Shown here: positions 9,241 through 20,611 of the stretch, one piece after another
Position numbering within the stretch: the stretch's first letter is position 1
Layout of the letters: each line of letters starts with the position of its first letter
NCBI GenBank assembly: GCA_963746535.1
Contig: CAVVBP010000010.1
Coordinates: forward strand, 899,209 to 963,208
DNA length: 64,000 nucleotides
From: Vicinamibacterales bacterium
GTDB lineage: Bacteria > Acidobacteriota > Vicinamibacteria > Vicinamibacterales > JAMQPK01
Direction of reading: 5' to 3'
Made by a program: the position numbers and the translations under genes
Notes under the pieces: generated by a model
Seen by the model: the letters and a program-made list of their open reading frames with translations, nothing else
The model's database searches: none
Told to the model about the DNA's origin: nothing

Positions 9241-9283
9241 TCCCCAATCCCTCAGCCCTAAGCCTTCAGCCTTCAGCCCTCCG
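9232..9283 (-). repeat. Hexamer (CCCTAA/CCCCAA) plus heptamer (CAGCCYT x4) tract between paralogs 2 and 3
   Basis: Plus strand reads AATCCCTAATCCCCAATCCCTCAGCCCTAAGCCTTCAGCCTTCAGCCCT. Minus strand has GGG-ctga-GGG-att-GGGG-atta-GGG. It overlaps the paralog 2 stop codon. Confidence 0.8.
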
Positions 9284-9289
9284 TCCCCC

Positions 9290-9361
9290 TGGCCCTTTTC
9301 GCTCCCGTTTCCCGCCTCCCCGTTCACGGCCGGGATTGACCCGGCCCCTGGGGAGGACGAG
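9290..9361 (+). promoter_or_regulatory. Conserved structured 5' leader of HExxH paralog 3
   Basis: Same 30-nt block. The outer helix is CCTCCCCG (9315-9322) with TGGGGAGG (9349-9356), with two base pairs swapped G-C to C-G relative to copies 2 and 4. Inner hairpin GGCCGGG-ATTGA-CCCGGCC. Confidence 0.55.
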
Positions 9362-9949
9362 ATGGGCCGCACGGGTTGGATCGCAATGGTCGCGCTCTGG
9401 GGAACGCTGATGGGCGCATCAGATGTGGCGGCAGAAGCCTCTGGCCCCATCACGATTCACGCGCGGATCCTTGACGAAGTCGGCCTTCCGGCGAGGACAG
9501 TCCAGCAGGCACAGGATGAGACCAGCCGCATCTTCAAGAGCGCCGGAATCGCGCTGTCATGGCTAACCGACGGTAACTCGCAGGCAGGTACCCTGACGAT
9601 CAAAATCGTCTCGACTCCGCTCGGTTCGAAGGGCAAGAAACAAAACGTGCTCGGCATGGCTCCAGGCTCCAGGGAGACGCGCGGAAGGGTCGCTTGGCTG
9701 TTCTATCCGCGTATTGCCGATCTGGCCGAGGCGCGTCGCATTGAGATCTCGCGGTTTCTGGGTCATGTCATGGCGCACGAGATGGGCCATCTCCTCTTGC
9801 CGTTCGGCTCGCACGCGGTCATCGGACTGATGAAGGACAGCTGGGACTCCCATCAGATTCTTCTTGCATCAGCGGGCACCCTGACGTTCGAACCGAGCCA
9901 GGCCGCGTTGATCCGTGCGCGGCTGCGGGAAACGTCGTCGGGCAACTGA
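9362..9949 (+). CDS. Small secreted HExxH metalloprotease-like protein, paralog 3
   Basis: In frame in ORF 9209..9949; ATG 9362 follows the SD GGGGAGG. Signal-peptide-like MGRTGWIAMVALWGTLMGASDVAAE. Motif HVMAHEMGHLLLPFGSHAVIGLM. Confidence 0.8.
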   Translation: MGRTGWIAMVALWGTLMGASDVAAEASGPITIHARILDEVGLPARTVQQAQDETSRIFKSAGIALSWLTDGNSQAGTLTIKIVSTPLGSKGKKQNVLGMAPGSRETRGRVAWLFYPRIADLAEARRIEISRFLGHVMAHEMGHLLLPFGSHAVIGLMKDSWDSHQILLASAGTLTFEPSQAALIRARLRETSSGN

Positions 9950-10032
9950 CGAGAAACACGAACCCGCTAGACAATTCCTTCTGGCCCTTTTCGAGGCGGA
10001 CTCCCACACGCTGCCGCCGAGCTGATGAAGGG

Positions 10033-10085
10033 GCCTAAGCCTTAGTCCCCAATCCCTCAGCCCTCAGCCTTAAGCCTTCAGCCCT
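10033..10085 (-). repeat. Hexamer/heptamer tract between paralogs 3 and 4
   Basis: GCCTAAGCCTTAGTCCCCAATCCCTCAGCCCTCAGCCTTAAGCCTTCAGCCCT. Same architecture as 9232-9283. Confidence 0.8.
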
Positions 10086-10089
10086 CCGA

Positions 10090-10162
10090 TGGCCCTTTTC
10101 GCTCCCGTTTCCCGCCTCCGGGTTCACGGCTGGGACTTCCCCGGCCCCCGGAGGGAAGCGAG
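10090..10162 (+). promoter_or_regulatory. Conserved structured 5' leader of HExxH paralog 4
   Basis: Same 30-nt block. CCTCCGGG (10115-10122) pairs with CCCGGAGG (10147-10154). Inner hairpin GGCTGGG-ACTTC-CCCGGCC with one G-U wobble. Confidence 0.55.
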
Positions 10163-10759
10163 ATGGGCCAAACGTGCAGAATCGCGGGATTGGTGATGGC
10201 GGCGGTCCTAGTGGGAAGTACGAGGTCGGCGGCCGGACCACTGGAACCGCTGACCTTGGAGGTGCTCGTCCTCGACGGGGTCGGCGTGCCGGCCGATATC
10301 CTCCAACAGGCCCAAGACGAAGCCAGCCGCATCTTCGAGCTTTCCGGCATCCGCCTCGTATGGGCTGGCGGCCGAACCCCGAATGCCCGACACGTGATCC
10401 TCAAAATCGCCTCGGCACCACCCAGCCGCAAGAGTCGCCAACCCGGCGTTCTCGGCCTTGCTGTCGAGACAAACCAAGCCACCGGCATCCTCGCATGGCT
10501 TTTTTACGACCGGATTGACGAGCATCGGCGGGTGCTCGGACTGGAGGCGCCACTGCTCCTGGGTCACGTGATGGCGCATGAAATGGGCCACCTCCTGCTG
10601 CCTACAGGGTCGCACGTGCAGAGCGGGGTCATGAGGGGCGGTTGGGACAAGTTGCAGGCCTCACTCGCGAAATCTCGAAGCCTGCGCTTCGGACCGGATG
10701 AGACCCGCGAGATCCGGGCGCACCTGCTGCGCGACAGCAATCTCGTCGCGATGCGCTAG
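10163..10759 (+). CDS. Small secreted HExxH metalloprotease-like protein, paralog 4
   Basis: ORF 10163..10759. Signal-peptide-like MGQTCRIAGLVMAAVLVGSTRSAAG. Motif HVMAHEMGHLLLPTGSHVQSGVM. Confidence 0.8.
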   Translation: MGQTCRIAGLVMAAVLVGSTRSAAGPLEPLTLEVLVLDGVGVPADILQQAQDEASRIFELSGIRLVWAGGRTPNARHVILKIASAPPSRKSRQPGVLGLAVETNQATGILAWLFYDRIDEHRRVLGLEAPLLLGHVMAHEMGHLLLPTGSHVQSGVMRGGWDKLQASLAKSRSLRFGPDETREIRAHLLRDSNLVAMR

Positions 10760-11830
10760 CGACGTCCAAGGCGCGCTATTGCCCAGCGCAGGTGCTCGCC
10801 AACCACCGGGTCCGATATCGACGGCTCCGAGGGTTCCTCGCGTAATGCCTCGAGCGCGCCGGGGTCGTTCGAGTTTCCGATTGTTACGGCGAGATTACGG
10901 CGCAGCCCTCGTACCCCCGCCCGCGTCATGGACGTCTCTCCGATGAGCCCGGCAAGATCGCTATCGGTGCGCCGCCAGAGATCAACAAGACTCTGCGCGT
11001 TCAAATCGCCGCGCGAGGACCACGACGGATCGACGGGGACGGACCGGCACCGCGTTCCACGGGCACACTTCCTGACAGATATCGCAGCCGAAGATGTGAT
11101 TGCCGATGCCCTCGCGATGCTCTTCTGGAATCGAGCCACGGTACTCGATGGTGAGATACGAGATGCATTTAGTCGCGTCCAGCACATGGGGCGCCGCAAA
11201 GGCACCAGTGGGACAGGCCTCGAGACAGAGCGTGCACGTGCCGCACTGGTCGAGCGAGGGCGAGTCGGCCTCGAGCGGCAGGCTGCAGACGATCGTGCCC
11301 AGCAGCAGCCACGACCCGAGATCGGGATTGATCACGCACGTGTTCTTGCCAATCCAACCGACGCCCGCGTACTGCGCGTAGACACGCTCCTGCACCGGTC
11401 CGGTATCGACATAGGCGCGTGCATCGAAGGGTTCCGTATGCTGCGACCGCATCCAGGCAAGGAGCGCATCGAGGCGCTCACCCAGCACGTCGTGGTAGTC
11501 GCGGCTCCAGGCATAGCGCGCCACTTCCCCGCGCTCGGGATCGTGACGCTCGATCGAATACGGCTCGCCGGTGTTGTAGAGCGCGCCAACGACGATCACC
11601 GAGCGCGCCGTCGGTATGACATTGCGCACGTCGGCGCGTCGCTCGGCCGATCGGGGAAGATACCCCATCGTGCCGGCGTAGCCTTTCGCAATCCACTGCT
11701 TGAAGAAGCCGAGCTCGGGAAAGGCTTCCGCGGGCGCGACGCCGCACAGCTCGAATCCGAGCTCGCGCGCGCGACTCTTTACCGCAACGCTGGTGAGGCT
11801 ATCTTTCGACGCAGAGTCGCAGAGCCGCAC
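10756..11830 (-). CDS. queG: Epoxyqueuosine reductase QueG (one frameshift near 11040 as assembled)
   Basis: The middle of ORF 10982..12208 has KSRARELGFELCGVAP, two 4Fe-4S motifs (CGTCTLCLEACP, CDICQEVCPWN) and TKCISYLTIE. The C-terminal HEAT-like tail is in ORF 10756..11205. The start (GTG 11830) is uncertain. Confidence 0.75.
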
Positions 11831-11913
11831 AGAATCTTCAGGCACCCGTGTCCAGAATGCTCCTGAAAAAAATTCTCTGCGCCTCAGCGTCTCTGCGTCA
11901 AGGCTTGCTTCTC

Positions 11914-13529
11914 TTACGGCAGCGCGAACGCCGTCAGCGTGCTGCCGGCCGGGACGAGGTAGGTACTGACGTCCGTCCACCATGTAGGTCGTCCCGCCTG
12001 TCGAGCGGACGCCGGTACCGAGCTGGTAGTGCCACAGATTCCGGCCGGTCTTGGTCTCGACTGCCATGACGTTGCCGTCGCCGTCGCCGGCAAACACCAG
12101 GCCCGAGGCCGTCGTCAGGACACCGGAGGAGGAAACCGTCGAGTAGCGGAACTCCCACTTCCGATCGCCCGTGACGGGATCGATCGCGCGCAAGGCACCG
12201 TAGTTCACGTGACTGCGTCAGACGCACGCCGCCGCCGCCCGCGTAGCGTTCACCGTCTTGAACGGCTCGTTGTACGAGTAGTACGTCGCGCACGTCTCGC
12301 GCGCCGTCACGATGAAGAGCCGGTTGGTGGGATCGTAGGACGGAGAATAGAAATTCGTCCCGCCGCCGGCATCGGGACACGTTCGCGCCCCTTCCTCCGT
12401 CGGCAGTGTGCCCGGGCAGCAGCATCGGCCGGCCTTCGGGACTGATTTCCTTCGCCCAGGTCGTCTGGACGAACGGCTTGGCGACGATCATGCTTGCCCG
12501 TTGGTGCGATCGAGCGTGTAGAAGAAGCCGTTGCGGTTGGCGAACATCACGCCTTGCGCGGCTGCCCGCTGATGGTCAGGTCGGCGAGGATCGGCACCTG
12601 CGTCGAATCCCAGTCGTGCACGTCGTGCGGCGTGAACTGGATAGTGCCAGCGCAGCTTGCCGGTGTCGGCGTCGAGCGCGACCAGCGACGCCGTGTACAG
12701 GTTGTCGCCTTCGCGCGCGGCGCTGTAGTAGTCGGGACCCGGGTTGCCGGTGCCGTAGAAGACCAGGTTCTGCTCCGGATCGTAGGTGCCGGTCACCCAG
12801 ATCGATCCGCCGCCGCCGATCGTCCAGCGAATCGCCCGCGGCCACGTGTTGTCGCCCGGCTCGCCGGGCCCGCGACGCGTGTAGAAGCGCCACGCGCGCT
12901 TGCCGGTGTGTCGCGTCGTACGCGTCGATGAAGCCGCGGATGCCGAACTCGCCGCCGGCGACGCCGACGATGACTTTGTCCTTCACGACGAGCGGCGCGA
13001 CGGTCGACCGAGTAGCCGCGACTTGTAGTCGGCGAGCGTCGACGTCCCAGACGACCGCGCCGGTCTTCATGTCGAGCGCCAGGAGATGCGCGTCGAGCGT
13101 GCGCCATGAACAGCCGGTCGCCGAGCACGCCGAAGCCGCGATTGACCGGCCCGCAGCACGCCCTGAGGTCGTCGGGCAGCTTACGGCGGTAGCGCCAGAT
13201 CTGCCGTCCGGTGCGCGCGTCGATCGCCCACGCGTCGCTCCCGCAGCCCGTGACGTACAGGACGCCGTCGATCACGAGCGGCGTCGATTCGAAAGTTGCC
13301 GAGCGTGCCGGTCTGGAACGTCCACTGCGGATTCGAGCTGGCCGACGTTCTCGGGCGTGATCTGCGTCAGCGGGCTGTGCCGATGGCCGACGTAGTTGCC
13401 CGAGTAGGTCAGCCACTTCGTGCCGTCCTGCAGGCCGGCGAGGATGTCCTGGTTGGTGACGGTGGGCGGGCCGGCCTGCTGCGCCGCGAGTGAAACCGAG
13501 CAGAGGACGGCCATCAACAAAGGACGCAT
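11914..13529 (-). pseudogene. PQQ-dependent dehydrogenase (methanol/ethanol family), paralog 1; many frameshifts as assembled
   Basis: Fragments in ORFs 13272..13616 (MRPLLMAVLCSVSLAAQQ signal), 12793..13416, 12576..13070, 12488..12796, 11934..12491 and the 5' part of 10982..12208 are collinear with the intact paralog 13639..15249. Removing one inserted nt restores the ...TLTAFALP* terminus at 11914. Confidence 0.8.
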
Positions 13530-13546
13530 AGGGCCTCCCTGAAACT

Positions 13547-13620
13547 TGTCATGGCAGATGGCAAATGGCAAATGGCAAAGAGTTCCTGCTGCCATCAGCC
13601 ATCTGCCATGTGCCATGACA
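13547..13620. repeat. TGCCAT-hexamer imperfect hairpin element (intercistronic)
   Basis: TGTCATGGCAGATGGCAAATGGCAAATGGCA, an 11-nt loop, then TGCCATCAGCCATCTGCCATGTGCCATGACA. Arms are about 31 nt and mostly complementary. Confidence 0.8.
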
Positions 13621-13638
13621 GATCACTTACTCGCCGAG

Positions 13639-15249
13639 CTACGGCAGCGCGAACGCGGTCAGCGCGGCGCCAGACGGGAACAGCAGATACTGCTTGCCAT
13701 CCACCATGTATGTCGTCCCGCCAGTCGACCGCAGGCCCACGCCCGTCTGGTAGTGCCACAGGTACTTTCCGTTCCTCGAATCGAGCGCGATGAGGTTGCC
13801 GTCGCCGTCACCCGAAAACACCAGGCCCGACGCCGTCGTCAGGACACCCGACGATGAGGTGCCCTGATAGCGGAACTCCCACTTGCGTTCGCCGGTGATC
13901 GGATCGATCGCGCGCAGCGCCCCGTAGGCTACGTGGTCAGGTGCCCGTGTCGTCCCGCCGGACTGGTACTGTTCCCCCCTCCTGAACGGCTCGTTGAAGG
14001 TGAAGTAGGTGGCGCACGTCTCTTGTGCGTTCACGAAAAACAGCCGTTGCGTCGGGTCGTACGACGGCGAATAGAAGTTGGTGCCGCCGCCCAGATTGGG
14101 GCATACCTTGGTGCTGCCTTCCTCGCTCGGATTGGTGCCAGGGTTGAGAATTGGCCGTCCCTCCGGGCTGATCTCCTTGGCCCAGTTCTGCGCGATGAAC
14201 GGTTTGGCCAGAATCATCCGGCCGTTCGTCCGATCGAGCACGTAGAAGAACCCATTGCGATTGGCAAACAACATGGTCTTGCGCGGTGTGCCGTTGATCG
14301 TGAGATCGGCGAGCACCGGCACCTGCGTCGAATCCCAGTCGTGCAAGTCGTGCGGCGTGAACTGAAAATGCCACTTCAACTGCCCGGTGTCGGCGTCCAG
14401 TGCGACTGCCGAACACGTGTAGAGGTTGTCTCCCTCGCGCGCCGGGCTGTAGTAATCGGGGCCCGGATTACCGGTGCCGAAGAACACCAGATTCTGTTCG
14501 GGATCGTATGTGCCTGATACCCAGATCGACCCGCCACCCCGCAAATACGCGTCCGAGCCTTTCGGCCACGTCTGCCCGCCCGGCTGATCGGGACCGGCCA
14601 CGGTATAGAACCGCCAGATCCTCTTCCCTGTGTTCACGTCGTACGCGTCGATGAACCCGCGAATGCCGAACTCCGCGCCGGCCACGCCGACGATCACTTT
14701 GTCTTTCACCACGATCGGGGCCACCGTGACCGAATATCCGTGTGAATACTCAGCCATCTCGGCATCCCAAATCACGTCGCCCGTCTTGATGTCGAGCGCA
14801 ACGATGTGCGCGTCGCCAGTGCCGAGAAACAGTTTGTCGCCAAGAACCGCCATGCCTCGGTTGTTCGGACCGCAGCACCCGCGGAAGTCGTCGGGCATGT
14901 TGCGACGGTACCGCCAGATCTGGCGGCCGGTTCGCGCGTCGATGGCCCAGGCGTTGCCGTTGAAGCCCGTGACATACAAGACGTTGTCTACCAATAGCGG
15001 CGTCGTCTGGAAATTCGGTGTGAGGCCCGTCTGGAAGGTCCACTGCGCTTTGAGTTGGCTGACGTTGGCGGCCGTAATCTGCGTCAACGGGCTGAACCGA
15101 TGACCCGCGTAGTTGCCGTGATAGATGAGCCACTTCGATCCGTCGCTCGGAAGGCCGCCAAGGATGTCCTGGCCTGTCACGGTGCCCGGAGCGGGCTGTT
15201 GCGCCGCGAGCGTGACCGAGCAGATGAGCACGAGCAGCAACGGACGCAT
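13639..15249 (-). CDS. PQQ-dependent dehydrogenase (methanol/ethanol family), paralog 2, intact
   Basis: In ORF 13639..15342; ATG 15249 has SD GGAGGCC. Signal MRPLLLVLICSVTLAAQQ. Vicinal Cys RGCCGPNNRG. Propeller W-motifs. HDWDST around the catalytic Asp. Confidence 0.85.
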   Translation of the reverse strand: MRPLLLVLICSVTLAAQQPAPGTVTGQDILGGLPSDGSKWLIYHGNYAGHRFSPLTQITAANVSQLKAQWTFQTGLTPNFQTTPLLVDNVLYVTGFNGNAWAIDARTGRQIWRYRRNMPDDFRGCCGPNNRGMAVLGDKLFLGTGDAHIVALDIKTGDVIWDAEMAEYSHGYSVTVAPIVVKDKVIVGVAGAEFGIRGFIDAYDVNTGKRIWRFYTVAGPDQPGGQTWPKGSDAYLRGGGSIWVSGTYDPEQNLVFFGTGNPGPDYYSPAREGDNLYTCSAVALDADTGQLKWHFQFTPHDLHDWDSTQVPVLADLTINGTPRKTMLFANRNGFFYVLDRTNGRMILAKPFIAQNWAKEISPEGRPILNPGTNPSEEGSTKVCPNLGGGTNFYSPSYDPTQRLFFVNAQETCATYFTFNEPFRRGEQYQSGGTTRAPDHVAYGALRAIDPITGERKWEFRYQGTSSSGVLTTASGLVFSGDGDGNLIALDSRNGKYLWHYQTGVGLRSTGGTTYMVDGKQYLLFPSGAALTAFALP

Positions 15250-15266
15250 AGGGCCTCCATGACGCG

Positions 15267-15346
15267 TGTCATGGCAGATGGCAAATGGCAGATGGCAGAG
15301 CTGTCCCTTGCCATCATCCATCTGCCCTCTGCCATTTGCCATGACA
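15267..15346. repeat. TGCCAT-hexamer imperfect hairpin element (intercistronic)
   Basis: TGTCATGGCAGATGGCAAATGGCAGATGGCAGAG ... TTGCCATCATCCATCTGCCCTCTGCCATTTGCCATGACA. Confidence 0.8.
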
Positions 15347-15364
15347 GAGCACTTGCCGGCCGAG

Positions 15365-16977
15365 CTACGGCAGCGCGAACGCGGTCAGCGCGGCGCCCGA
15401 CGGGAACAGCAGAGTACTGCTTGCCGTCAACCATGTAGGTCGTGCCGCCGTTCGAACGAAGACCGTTGCCCAGCTGATAGTGCCAGAGGTACTTCCCGTT
15501 CCTCGAGTCGAGCGCGATGACGTTGCCGTCGCCGTCGCCCGAGAACACGAGGCCGGCCGCGGTCGTCAGGACGCCCGACGCCGACGTCGTCTGATAGCGG
15601 AACTCCCACTTGCGCTCGCCGGTGATCGGATCGATCGCGCGCAGCGCCCCGTAGTTCTTCTGCTCGGGTGGCCGCGTGGTGCCGCCGGACTCGTACCTGC
15701 TCCCCTTGCCTGAACGGCTCGTGCCAGGAGTAGTAGATGGCGCACGTCTCGCGCGCGTTCACGAAAAAGAGCCGCTGCGTCGGATCGTAGGCCGGCGAGA
15801 AGAAGTTGGTGCCTCCGCCCAGATCCGGGCACACCTTGATGCTGCCTTCCTCGCTGGGGTCGATGCCGGGGTTGAGAATCGGCCGCCCTTCGGGGCTGAT
15901 CTCCTTGGCCCAGTTCTGCGACACGAACGGCTTCGCGGAGATGATGCGGCCATTGGTCCGATCGAGCACGTAGAAGAACCCGTTGCGATTGGCAAACAGC
16001 ATCGTCTTACGCGGTTGGCCGTTGATCGTGAGATCGGCGAGGACCGGCACCTGCGTGGAGTCCCAGTCGTGCAGGTCGTGCGGCGTGAACTGGTAATGCC
16101 ACTTGAGCTGGCCCGTATCGGCGTCGAGCGCAACCGCCGAGCAGGTATACAAGTTGTCGCCCTCACGCGCGGGGCTGAAGTAATCCGGTCCCGGGTTGCC
16201 GGTGCCAAAGAACACCAGATTCTGTTCGGGATCGTAGGTGCCCGACACCCAGATCGAGCCGCCACCGCGGAGATAGGCGTCCGAGCCTTTCGGCCAGGTC
16301 TGGCCACCCGGCTGATCGGGTCCGGCGACCGTGTAGAACTTCCACGCCGACTTGCCCGTGTCCACGTTCATCGCCTCGATGAATCCGCGGATACCAAACT
16401 CGGCGCCCGCCATCCCGATGATGACTTTGTCTTTGACGACGATCGGTGCGACGGTAATCGAATAGCCCTTCGTGTAATCCGCCAGCTCGCGATCCCAGAC
16501 GACGTCGCCCGTTTTGATGTCCAGCGCGACGAGATGGGCGTCTCCCGTTCCGAGGAACAGCTTGTCGCCGAGCACGGCCATGCCCCGGTTGTTCGGACCG
16601 CAGCAGCCGCGGAAGTCGTCCGGCATGTTCCGCCGGTACCGCCAGACCTGCCTGCCCGTTCGCGCATCGATGGCCCAGGCGTTGCCGTTGAAGCCGCTGA
16701 CGTAAAGGATGTTGTCCACGAAGAGCGGCGTGGTCTGGAAATTCGGGGTGAGGCCCGTCTGGAACGTCCACTGCGCCTTGAGCTGGCTGACGTTGGCGGG
16801 CGTAACCTGGGTCAACGGGCTGAACCGATGGCCCGCGTAGTTGCCGTGATAGATGAGCCACTTCGATCCGTCGCTCGGAAGGCCGGCAAGGATGTCCTGG
16901 TTCGTCACGGTGCCCGGAGCGGGCTGCTGCGCCGCGAGCGTGACTGAGCAAACGACGACCATCAATAATGCGCGCAT
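15365..16977 (-). CDS. PQQ-dependent dehydrogenase, paralog 3 (about two frameshifts in the 3' third as assembled)
   Basis: ORF 15427..16977 is in frame to ...EPFRQGEQ. The C-terminus continues in ORF 15177..15548 (FSGDGDGNVIALDSRNGKYLWHYQ). Removing one inserted T restores ...LLFPSGAALTAFALP* ending at 15365. Confidence 0.8.
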
Positions 16978-16985
16978 AGGCCTCC

Positions 16986-17807
16986 TTAACGAACCGCCAC
17001 GTCGTACCCGCGCAGCGTGGTGAGATAGCCGACCAGATCGCTCAGGTCGCTATCGTTCAGCCGCTTCGGGTCGAAAGCCGGCATCAGCGAGTTCTTGTCG
17101 TAGGTCACTTCCACGTCCGACTTCTTGTAACCCTGAATGCGCTCGCCCATGTCCATCACCTGGATCGAGAACGCGTCTTCGTTCTTCTTCGCGCCGCGCA
17201 CCTTCTGCCCGTTCTTCGTGACGACCGTGACCGTCTCGTACGCGGGTGGGATCACTTCGGCCGGCGTCCTGATTTCACGGACGAGCGCCGCGCGCGTGCG
17301 CGCCGAGCCGATGCGGCTGAGATCGGGGCCCAGGCGACCGCCTTTCCCCGCAACGCGATGGCAGTTCTGGCACTGTTTGGCGAACAACTGCTCGCCATTG
17401 GCGACGTTGCCGACGGGGGTCGTGTCGGCCGGCGTCACCGCGCTCATGTTGCGCAGATACGCCATCATTTGCAGGATTTCGTGGTCGGGCCGGGTGCTGG
17501 CCGGCATCTCCGACCCCGGCACACCCCTGCGAATCGTCTGGAACAGGGCTTCGTCGCTCGCGCCCCCCATAAAGGCGATGAGGTTGGGACCGCGATAGCC
17601 CAGCGCATCGAGGCCGTGGCACTCGCCGCACATCCTGCGATACAGGGACATGCCGCCTCGGATGGATTCCTTGTTGTTCAAATGGGGATTGCTGCCGGGA
17701 TATTGCTGTGAACGCTCCTCTTTGCGTTCCGGGGCTTGGGCGGCCAGGTAGCTGCTGCCGGCAAGCGTCACGAATCCTAGTATGAGTACAGAGCTGAACC
17801 GGGTCAT
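16986..17807 (-). CDS. Dihaem c-type cytochrome, probable electron acceptor of the PQQ dehydrogenases
   Basis: ORF 16986..17807 with a signal peptide and two CxxCH motifs (CGECH, CQNCH). It is the first gene of the same-strand cluster. Confidence 0.8.
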   Translation of the reverse strand: MTRFSSVLILGFVTLAGSSYLAAQAPERKEERSQQYPGSNPHLNNKESIRGGMSLYRRMCGECHGLDALGYRGPNLIAFMGGASDEALFQTIRRGVPGSEMPASTRPDHEILQMMAYLRNMSAVTPADTTPVGNVANGEQLFAKQCQNCHRVAGKGGRLGPDLSRIGSARTRAALVREIRTPAEVIPPAYETVTVVTKNGQKVRGAKKNEDAFSIQVMDMGERIQGYKKSDVEVTYDKNSLMPAFDPKRLNDSDLSDLVGYLTTLRGYDVAVR

Positions 17808-17869
17808 CGGCCCCTCCTAGCTTGCGTTGGCGATGGGTGCAGTTTTATCACAAGTCAGGGTCCGGCAAC

Positions 17870-20598
<2,729 letters not shown>

Positions 20599-20611
20599 TC
20601 TGATGATCCTA

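Noticed and set aside
9232-10088. Hexamer/heptamer tracts as a CRISPR array or as telomeric repeats
   Set aside because: The units are 6-7 nt with no spacers and no cas genes, so this is not CRISPR. The TTAGGG-like tracts are short, interstitial and flanked by ordinary genes, so they are not chromosome ends.
10982-12208. 408-aa ORF that looks like a PQQ-dehydrogenase/QueG fusion protein
   Set aside because: It is a read-through created by a +1 insertion just before the PQQ paralog 1 stop. Removing one base restores ...TLTAFALP* at 11914, leaving a separate queG.
13639-15249. Calling the PQQ dehydrogenases lanthanide-dependent XoxF/ExaF/PedH-type
   Set aside because: The diagnostic position two residues after the catalytic Asp is Thr (W-D-S-T), not Asp (W-D-x-D). 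The call is based on a motif read by eye only, so the metal preference remains unverified.
13547-15346. Annotating the intercistronic hairpins (and the hairpins at 28866 and 32820) as rho-independent terminators
   Set aside because: None is followed by a U-tract on the transcribed strand, and the PQQ hairpins sit directly before the next gene's SD. They are reported as repeats or structures instead.
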